45,328 nucleotides of DNA from Rhodospirillaceae bacterium. Its GTDB lineage: Bacteria; Pseudomonadota; Gammaproteobacteria; Steroidobacterales; Rariloculaceae. The notes beneath the pieces are model-generated. The model did no database searches. It was not told where the DNA came from and saw only the letters and a program-made list of their open reading frames with translations. The stretch spans positions 1 to 45,328 of the forward strand of contig JAHEEN010000004.1 of the NCBI GenBank assembly GCA_024640685.1, written 5' to 3'. Both the position numbers and the translations under genes were made by a program. Below are positions 38,466 through 45,328 of this stretch, in pieces (positions within the stretch are counted from its first letter, which is position 1; the number at the start of each line of letters is the position of its first letter).

Positions 38466-39386
38466 GTGATCATTGCTGTGTCGTGGCTGGCCGTGCAGCC
38501 GACGATTGCAACGTCGTTCGAGTCGGGCCGCGCCGAGTTCGCTGTCACAGTCAACGATCTCGAGATTCCTTATAGCGTCTTTGCGCTGTTCGTCCTGCCG
38601 GGTGAGTTGCTCTCTCTCGAGGCAGATGGATCGGTCGTATCGGCCGATGCATCGCAGTCCGCTCCTGAGCAGTCAGCGTTGGGTTGGCGGTGGCGAGCGC
38701 CGGGTAGTCCGGGCATCTATCGCCTGGACGTTACGCGTGGCGGCCATCGAATCGCGCTCAACGTGTTCGTCCTGGTTCCGCGCGATCGCGTACGGAATGA
38801 ACGATTGAACGACTATCTTATCGGCACTTATCCGAGCGAGCCGCTGAACGGCAATCCGCTCTATGAGCAACCCGACGGCTTTATCGAGCTTACGGAAGCA
38901 AACGCCGACACGCAGCTGTCACCGCATTTCAGGCTAGGCCAGTTTCCATCCAAGCAGTCTGGCGGCTATCCGAAGTACCTCGTATTGAGAGAGCAGCTGC
39001 TACTCAAGCTCGAGCTGCTATTGGAGGCGCTCAATAACGACGGCCGTACGGCGGAAACGTTGACGATCATGAGTGGTTATCGGACACCGTTCTACAATGC
39101 GGCCATTCGTAACGTGCCGTATAGCCGCCACGTTTACGGCGGTGCAGCCGATATCTACGTCGACGAGTCGCCGCGTGATGGAGACATGGATGATCTCAGT
39201 AGAGATGGCCGAATCGACTATCGCGACGCGCAGTATCTGCTGCGTCTAGCAGATACGCTCTTTCGAGACGCCGACTACGTCGAGTTGCGTGGCGGCATGG
39301 GCGTCTACCGGCGCAATGCGGCGCACGGCCCGTTCTTGCACATAGACGCGCGGCAACTGCGGGCGCGCTGGGGAGAGCTGCCCTAA
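38466..39386 (+). CDS. Peptidase M15A family (YcbK/MepK-like) with N-terminal extension
   Basis: LSPHFRL, SGYRTP.YN, SRHVYGGAADI and FLHIDAR motifs. Start codon uncertain. Confidence 0.82.
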   Translation: MIIAVSWLAVQPTIATSFESGRAEFAVTVNDLEIPYSVFALFVLPGELLSLEADGSVVSADASQSAPEQSALGWRWRAPGSPGIYRLDVTRGGHRIALNVFVLVPRDRVRNERLNDYLIGTYPSEPLNGNPLYEQPDGFIELTEANADTQLSPHFRLGQFPSKQSGGYPKYLVLREQLLLKLELLLEALNNDGRTAETLTIMSGYRTPFYNAAIRNVPYSRHVYGGAADIYVDESPRDGDMDDLSRDGRIDYRDAQYLLRLADTLFRDADYVELRGGMGVYRRNAAHGPFLHIDARQLRARWGELP

Positions 39387-39791
39387 CTCGGGCAATGGGT
39401 CTGCTATAGGGCGTTAAAGTCCCGCGGATGACGCGCGCGGGACCGGCCAGCCTGATTCGTGCGATCGAGGTCGCCGGCCCAACGCGCCCGCGTACCTCGA
39501 ACGTCGACGTGGAGATACGCGCCGCGAATCGCTGACGGGTAGCTGTGAAGGTTGCCGCCACGTACCTCGTTCGCCGGGACTCGGACGAAAGCTGTTAGCT
39601 CAACGCTGGGTTCATCGGTACGCGACACGTTGATCGCCGCTCGGCCTGGGGCTCGCGGATGTACATCGAGATCGCGACGAGATCGTTGTCGGACGGGTCC
39701 ATATCGCTGGCGACGACGCCCATGACGGGGTTGCTCTCGAGCTGGTCGAAAATGTCGACCGGTGACGGACCGACCAGCAGACTCGAGTCGA

Positions 39792-40211
39792 CTACTCGTC
39801 TCGTGGCCCCGGAGGCTTCAGGAGATCGGAAAATTTCATATTGAGGACCTGACCCGACGGCGTCGTTAACGTTTGACCCATCACGGACGTCACGGAGCCG
39901 CGGCCCGGGTGACCCATGGCCGTAACGGTATCACCGGGCTTGACCGAGTCATTCGTCCAACCGCCCATCTCTCGCATCTGCCCGGCATAGGCTTGAGCGT
40001 AGACGATCACTTCCGTCGACTCGCCATCGGCGCCCATCACCTCGAGAACGATCTCCGGATGTGGGTTGATGAGACGGAAGAGCTTGACGGTTCCAGTTAC
40101 CTCGACAACTTCATCGAGATGGTAGAAAGGGCCATGGGAATGGTGTGCGTGGACACCGCTCGCAGCCAACAGAATCGAGGCTGTCAGCGTACGCAGTGTG
40201 ACTGATTTCAT
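39792..40211 (-). CDS. Stand-alone DUF6152 family protein
   Basis: Signal + AHHSH, INPH and GW..DSVKPGDTV...GHP motifs. GGAAGG RBS. Confidence 0.85.
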   Translation of the reverse strand: MKSVTLRTLTASILLAASGVHAHHSHGPFYHLDEVVEVTGTVKLFRLINPHPEIVLEVMGADGESTEVIVYAQAYAGQMREMGGWTNDSVKPGDTVTAMGHPGRGSVTSVMGQTLTTPSGQVLNMKFSDLLKPPGPRDE

Positions 40212-40297
40212 GACTTCCTTCCTCGGTCGACGCAGCGGAATCGCCGATCGCCCGGATTGCGTGGGATGAGCGGATCAGGTGCCTGCAGAGGGCCTCG

Positions 40298-41053
40298 TCA
40301 GTCTCCGTATTTGGACACCGGGATTGTAGCCAACTGCCGCCGCGATTGCTCAGGGTCGCACGCACCCCATTCCCCGGGCGGAAACGTCGTGCGTTGAATC
40401 CGGCGTATCCAACTAAACGGCTCGTTGAGGAAGAGTGTGTCCTCATAAGTGATTTCGAGCTCGAGCGAATCGGGGCCGGCTCGTCTGTAACGCTCCGTCA
40501 GCCGTTTACGAGGTGAGCTCGGGAGATGACCGTGGTCGTCCAGCCCGTCCGGATCGAAAGTGAAATTCGTGGTCTCGACGACCAAGACATCATTTTCGTA
40601 ACGACCGATCGAGTGACCGTGATAGAACAATTCACTCGCTGGCGGATGGTCCCGGCCGTCCATCCAGATGGTTCGCCGACCGTCGTCGTGCTCATATGAG
40701 ATGAGTACTCGGTCTGGTCTCTGCACGATTTTCGTTGGGGTGGGGTGGCTCAGGATGCTCGGTAGTGGTGCCGGTGCACAATCCCACATACCTGACATTG
40801 GCTCGTCGAAGTACTGCGGCCACGCACGCAGCCTGGCGTTTGCCGGCGCCTGATCGATGGGGGCTGTGCACTCCTGCCGCACCTGACCGTTGTGATCGAT
40901 GTTCCAATCCCCGCAGGAATAGAACTCCCGAATAACCTGCCAGTTTCCAGCGACGTCGGGCGCGCCGGGCGGTTGAGCGGTAAGCAGCGCGGGCGCGAAG
41001 ATCAGCGCCAATAATAATAATGATGAGAAGCTCTTCGATCTACGCAGAAACAT
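40298..41053 (-). CDS. Secreted protein equivalent to the C-terminal domain of the DUF6152 fusions
   Basis: C.PAPLP, RRTIWMDGRDHP, GHSIGRYE.DVLVVET, ERYRR and CDPE motifs. Confidence 0.8.
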   Translation of the reverse strand: MFLRRSKSFSSLLLLALIFAPALLTAQPPGAPDVAGNWQVIREFYSCGDWNIDHNGQVRQECTAPIDQAPANARLRAWPQYFDEPMSGMWDCAPAPLPSILSHPTPTKIVQRPDRVLISYEHDDGRRTIWMDGRDHPPASELFYHGHSIGRYENDVLVVETTNFTFDPDGLDDHGHLPSSPRKRLTERYRRAGPDSLELEITYEDTLFLNEPFSWIRRIQRTTFPPGEWGACDPEQSRRQLATIPVSKYGD

Positions 41054-41307
41054 TTGAGCCCCCGTTTCGCCAAGCTCTGCAGACGGTGCGTGTTTCCGAC
41101 AAGTAGCACAGCGTAATCTATGCGTCAACGAGACGGCGTTTCCCGCCAATCAAAGCAGTCACTTAGAGTTTCGGGCTGAATCTAGCCCAATCTCGGCGTC
41201 CGGACCATTCTCGCTTCGAACCGGTATTAAATTCTGGTGCCTCGCGCGAAATTCGTTTATCGAAAACTCACCTGGCACCGACTTTGAGCCTTTGGTCTGC
41301 ACGCTGC

Positions 41308-41332
41308 GTCCGCCGGGGCGCACAGCCGACAT
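41308..41332 (+). repeat. Degenerate palindromic repeat copy
   Basis: GTCCGCCGGGGCGCACAGCCGACAT. The GGGGCGCACAGCCGAC part matches 45149-45164 at 15/16 positions. Confidence 0.55.
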
Positions 41333-41397
41333 GCGGTTTCGCGACGTTAATTGCTACCTTAACGAACTACGGCCAATAGCATACGTTCGCATGTGGC

Positions 41398-41871
41398 TCA
41401 CGCCGACTCTCTTTTTACCGAAAGCTGCTCCTCGAGGAAATCCTGAAATGACTCGTCAAATGATTCTTTGAACACATTCCAGGACGCCCGAATAGCCTGC
41501 CGTCGGCTTCCGAGGTTCTGGATTATCCAAAGCAACTCTCGCCAATACTCGTCCGGAAGCAAACGCTTCCTCCGTAGCACATACATATCGTGCCAGTGGA
41601 GAATTGCTCGGCGCTCGAAGAAGACCAGCCGAGTCCTCTCGACTTCACCAAGACTTTCAAAATTCATACCTTGGACCCAAATCTCCGCGAATTCCTGGCT
41701 ATCGCTAACCGACGTCGATAGTTCAGTGTCTCGCTGTACACGCTCGCTCGCGGCGCTCGCGCGCATCATCTCTGTGTTCTGGCCAATCTGTCTGGCAACG
41801 TAGATAAGTGATGCAACCACTGCAATCGCTGCGATGATCTTTCCAATGTAGGCATATTGTTCGAGCGTCAT
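41398..41871 (-). CDS. Hypothetical protein with N-terminal TM helix
   Basis: GAGGGG RBS. N-terminus MTLEQYAYIGKIIAAIAVVASLIYVARQI.QNT followed by a helical body. Confidence 0.75.
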   Translation of the reverse strand: MTLEQYAYIGKIIAAIAVVASLIYVARQIGQNTEMMRASAASERVQRDTELSTSVSDSQEFAEIWVQGMNFESLGEVERTRLVFFERRAILHWHDMYVLRRKRLLPDEYWRELLWIIQNLGSRRQAIRASWNVFKESFDESFQDFLEEQLSVKRESA

Positions 41872-42083
41872 GATTTCCCCTCATTCTTCTTTGTTCGGGG
41901 GGTATTATGCGCCCGGCGCTAGTCGAGGTTGCGTGCGCTACCGGATCTGAAACGCCGCTCGAAAATAAGCTCCCGCCTAGCTTATCTCAGTAAGACTCTT
42001 ATTGTCGGGAGCTATGAAAAAATCACTCGGCTAGGCGAAAATCGTTCGTACGGCGAATTCTCAAAGTAATTGTGAGGTTCGAC

Positions 42084-42599
42084 TTAAATTTTGCAGGAAG
42101 CAGGAAGAAATGCCTGATCGACCGTCGGCGCGAGATAGGCTGCTGCACGCCCTCCCCCTGCTGTGCCGATCGGGCTCAATCCGGCTGGCTCCAACGCTGC
42201 GCCGCAGCGCCATACGACGCCGAGATTCGCCGTCTCGTAAGGGGTAAGGGTTAGAGTACGACCAGCGATGATCGCGTTCGCCCGGTTTCCGAAAGTGACG
42301 ACAATGACACCATCCACGATACCCACAGAGGCCACATAGATACCCGCCGTATCGGCAGCGTTCGGTGTAAGGCTTGCTTGCGCACGATCGGCTGGTGCCT
42401 CACCGTCGATCTGAAACGCTTCTGCAACTTGGGTCTTAACGTTTGCCGTGAGTTGTAGGGCTTCAGAAACCTGAGCGCGGACCGTGTAGCCCTGGTAGGC
42501 GGGAATGCCAATCGCAGCCAGTATTCCGACGATGCCCACGACGATCATGAGCTCGATCAGGGTAAATCCAGTTTGTTTCCGGTCGATCACTAAGAGCAT
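42084..42599 (-). CDS. pilA: Type IVa major pilin
   Basis: Prepilin cleavage site KQTG|[30 protein letters not shown]-terminal disulfide (WRC...PASC). Confidence 0.92.
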   Translation of the reverse strand: MLLVIDRKQTGFTLIELMIVVGIVGILAAIGIPAYQGYTVRAQVSEALQLTANVKTQVAEAFQIDGEAPADRAQASLTPNAADTAGIYVASVGIVDGVIVVTFGNRANAIIAGRTLTLTPYETANLGVVWRCGAALEPAGLSPIGTAGGGRAAAYLAPTVDQAFLPASCKI

Positions 42600-42941
42600 C
42601 TCTAATTTCGATGTTCACGAAGCCTAACTCATGGTTTCGGCTAAGCCTCAGGATTTCCTTGCTCATTACCTGGATTAATTTGCGCTCGCATTTCATCTAA
42701 ATGTGCAACGGTTGAGTTCAGCAGTCACGAAGTACGCTCAGCCTGTAACGGACTGCGCATTAGATCCTGGGCTTGCATGAGCCAGAAGAGAGGACTAACC
42801 GGGTAAACTTGGGGCTAGCAGTTTGCGGCCGATAGCACTGGGGTGGACTCCTCCTCACCTTACGGCATCACGATGCTCCAGACTGGATTGAGCGTTCTTC
42901 AAAACGAATTATCTCAGTCACAGGAAGACAAGAAATCCGAG

Positions 42942-43464
42942 ATGCAGATTACCCGTGTTGGTGTGGATTTGCCGCAAAACGTCTTTCAGGTACATGGCGT
43001 CGATGCCACAGGTCGGCCAGTGCTTACACGGCAACTCAAGCGTTTCAACTGGCTGAAGGTGCTTAGCCAAATACGACAACCAGGCTGCGACATTGGCATG
43101 GAAGCCTGCGTCGGGTCGCATCACCGGGCGCGGGAGCTTCAATCGCGCGGATTTTAGGTCAAGCTCATCGCGCCACAGTTCGTCAAGCACCTCAAAACAT
43201 CACGGCACCGGCGGTAAGAATCTCATCTACCGCATCACCAAACTTGGCGATCCTTATCTGCGTAGCATCTTGATCCATGGCGCTCGTGCCGTAGTCAGCC
43301 AGGCCAAACGGCGTGATGACCACTTGAGTAGATGGGGCACCGAGCTTGCTCAGAAACGGCACACGAACGTCGCCGCAGTGGCTCTCGCCAACAAGACCGC
43401 GCGTATTGCCTGGGCAATGCTCAGATATGGGACTGATTACAACCCAGAGCTCGTCCGCTGCTAG
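42942..43464 (+). pseudogene. IS110-family recombinase/transposase pseudogene
   Basis: GVDL..NVFQVHG...GMEAC N-terminus with a premature TAG at 43155. After IAPQFVK the sequence jumps to the C-terminal GG....ITK.GD.YLR..LIHGAR / VALANK.ARIAWA block (internal deletion). Confidence 0.88.
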
Positions 43465-43519
43465 GCGATCGAGCTCAATCGCTGAATAACAAAAAGCCTG
43501 TCACTTACGCTTGCAAAGC

Positions 43520-43700
43520 ACAGTGGAAGATGCTGAAACGGTCGATCCGGCGCCAGTCAAACCCGAGAATGTCCGGGTGCGAAAAAGCACGTAAAAGCGA
43601 TTGGGAACTGGCGCGCGCAGACCCAACAAGGCCCCGCATCAACGTATGCCAACTCTCGAGGCGGGATACACGGGCGCAGTCATCCTGCTCCCCACTAACC
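43520..43700 (+). ncRNA. Putative bridge/seek RNA in the IS1111 right-hand non-coding region
   Basis: Stem GCGCCAGT/ACTGGCGC encloses an internal loop (GAATGTCCG / TAAAAGC) and inner hairpin GTGC-GAAAAA-GCAC. A second stem-loop follows. Boundaries approximate. Confidence 0.65.
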
Positions 43701-43771
43701 ACTGGCTTGCAAAACGAGGAGGAGTCCATATGCGGTCATTCACGCATTTATTCGTGAACCTGACCTGTGCT

Positions 43772-44212
43772 CTAGTCTGCGCTAACGAGATTTATCGTGA
43801 TTACCAAGTCCGTCGCGGATAAGACGATTTTTGCGTCTTCGTAGGATGCCGGCCCGAAGCGACCACGCGCGTTGTTGGAAAAACCAATTCTCTCTTTTGG
43901 TATTCGGAACAGCCCCGTGTCTAGTTCGCCATCCATATCTTCATCGTAGATCGCGCTTACAGCGTATTCCCCCGAAACTAGCCCGTGAAAGACTACGGTA
44001 CATCGGCCTTCGTCATTCACCATGCCCGTCTGCTGGGCTGTGGGCGTTTGCAGAAAATTTTCAGAATCGAACAGCGAAACGATAACTTGGCCCAGATTCG
44101 GATGTGCGTCTTCTACAGTCACCGTCAATAACAGCCCGCTATCCTGAGCCCACACCTCACTGACAGAGACTACACACAGCAGGACCACGAAGGGCCTTTT
44201 CATTAGGTTCAT
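43772..44212 (-). CDS. DUF2141 family protein
   Basis: G.V.VSLF, GEYAVS..YDED.DGELDT....IPKE..GFSNNA...FGP motifs. Confidence 0.88.
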   Translation of the reverse strand: MNLMKRPFVVLLCVVSVSEVWAQDSGLLLTVTVEDAHPNLGQVIVSLFDSENFLQTPTAQQTGMVNDEGRCTVVFHGLVSGEYAVSAIYDEDMDGELDTGLFRIPKERIGFSNNARGRFGPASYEDAKIVLSATDLVITINLVSAD

Positions 44213-44248
44213 CGGTCCACGCTATTCAATTCGAGCACAACCTGATGC

Positions 44249-44500
44249 TTAACTGCCGCTGAGTTGGTCTCGGATCTCGCCCAGCCGATCGTAGGTCCTA
44301 AACGCGAGAATTGCGGTCTCAAAAATTACACGAACAGTCAGGGTTCCAAATATGAGCGGAAAGGGCCATGCCCAATGCCCCCGCGAGTAAAGAATGGCGC
44401 TTCCATAAAGCGTTCCACCTATTGCTCCCCAGAAAAGAATCTGAAGAAGCATCGGCGAAATCATCCGACGAAACGTCAGAGTCTCAATTAGCGTCTTCAT
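44249..44500 (-). CDS. DUF4282-like small membrane protein
   Basis: LTF..MISP.LLQILFW ... RV..E..IL.FR....L..I pattern. Confidence 0.7.
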   Translation of the reverse strand: MKTLIETLTFRRMISPMLLQILFWGAIGGTLYGSAILYSRGHWAWPFPLIFGTLTVRVIFETAILAFRTYDRLGEIRDQLSGS

Positions 44501-44957
44501 GCCGCACCTCCCTTACTGCGAACCAATATGCCCAGCCTATCAGGACAACCTGAACCGGGGCGCGCACCAATAGATAGGCAGGGCCCCATTGATGTCCTCC
44601 CATACCGACCGAATGAATTGCTGCGTAGATATTGGCAGGGAAGAATGCCGCCAGAACGACGATGCAGGCCCAACCGGATAGTCTCCGGGTACCGGCATTC
44701 CAGAGGCCGGCCGCTAGTACCCACTCAAGAATCCCCGTTGCATAAATGACCGCAATTCTTCTGGGTGCCCAAGGCGGTAACATCTCCGCCATCGGTTCCG
44801 TCTGCACAAAATGCCCCATACCGAAAAATATGAAAGCCGCGATGAGACCAATGACGCCGCCAATATCGGGATCGATAACAGGTCGCCGCCAGGCGATGAG
44901 ACGTACCGCAGCGAATGGCACCACCAGGATCGCAAGAATAAGGACCGGAGTCGTCAA
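44484..44957 (-). CDS. DoxX-like membrane protein
   Basis: G.GHF....M..MLPPW.P, TGILE, FPANIYAA and LLVR.PVQ motifs. Confidence 0.8.
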   Translation of the reverse strand: MTTPVLILAILVVPFAAVRLIAWRRPVIDPDIGGVIGLIAAFIFFGMGHFVQTEPMAEMLPPWAPRRIAVIYATGILEWVLAAGLWNAGTRRLSGWACIVVLAAFFPANIYAAIHSVGMGGHQWGPAYLLVRAPVQVVLIGWAYWFAVREVRHEDAN

Positions 44958-45075
44958 CCGTCACCCTGTATTTCTGGCACCGTTGTTCCGTTTCTATCGC
45001 GAGTCCTGCGCTTGTGCCAGCGTCTACATCCGGACAGCTTAAGCCGAAAACTCGATTCCGAGAACATACCACGGG

Positions 45076-45165
45076 AACGTCCGCTCTTCGCTCGTATCTC
45101 GCCGTAATTTCTTGTTAATGACTTGGACCCGATCCAACCGGTAGCTTTGGGGCGAACAGCCGACC
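45076..45165 (+). repeat. Paired degenerate palindromic repeat
   Basis: GTCCGCTCTTCGCTC (45079) and GGTAGCTTTGGGGCGAACAGCCGACC (45140), 61 bp apart. Confidence 0.55.
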
Positions 45166-45328
45166 TGCTATTTCGCTATGTTATCGGTTTGTTTAACAAG
45201 TACGGCCATTAGCTACCGTTCCATAACTAGTACCAATGGTAGCCGCCTTGAATCATGAAGACGGGGCCAAACAAACTCCCCGCATTCGATCCCAGTGTTC
45301 CAATAAGCGCGCTAGATTTCTCATCGTT

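Larger units (their letters stand above)
42837..43731 (+). mobile_element. Decayed IS1111-subgroup (IS110 family) insertion sequence
   Basis: Perfect 13-bp subterminal IRs TGGACTCCTCCTC (42844-42856) / GAGGAGGAGTCCA (43716-43728), 7 bp and 3 bp from the ends. GC dinucleotide on both flanks. TTGCAA -35 box just inside the right IR. Confidence 0.88.

Noticed and set aside
42843-42941. N-terminal part of the 104-aa ORF at 42843
   Set aside because: It reads through the IS left inverted repeat. The transposase homology starts at the ATG at 42942.
42084-43464. Piv-type pilin inversion system (IS110-family gene next to pilA)
   Set aside because: Only one pilin gene is present. The recombinase is a broken transposase inside normal IS1111 ends, inserted in a repeat.

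Overview
A high-GC, probably gammaproteobacterial chromosomal segment (taxonomy inferred from gene content). The core carries: a YeeE/YedE pair, copCD, a Tat-exported MmgE/PrpD protein, ligAB, four DUF6152-type loci, an FpvJ/K/C/D/E/F-like metal ABC operon with DUF4198, zntB, mscS, tamAB, mgtE, malonyl-CoA decarboxylase, a FisR-like PAS/sigma54 activator, Prx5-Grx/dps/oxyR, a c-di-GMP-I riboswitch, a DAACS symporter and an ldtD/M15 pair. Two visibly lower-GC accessory tracts (~21.4-27.1 kb and ~39.8-45.3 kb) hold unrelated single genes. These genes are separated by a degenerate palindromic repeat (approximately GTCCGCTT-N-AAGCGGACATT) that often occurs as pairs spaced ~56-61 bp apart. A decayed IS1111-type (IS110 family) element is inserted exactly into one copy of this repeat, and its putative bridge/seek RNA target loop spells out the repeat consensus. 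This suggests an uncharacterised cassette-like repeat system with a dedicated RNA-guided IS parasite. A second highlight is a complete sigma54 unit (enhancer palindromes, -24/-12 promoter, RBS, terminator) next to the FisR-like sensor, whose only product is an unannotated 29-aa hydrophobic peptide. All family assignments come from motif recognition, not database searches.
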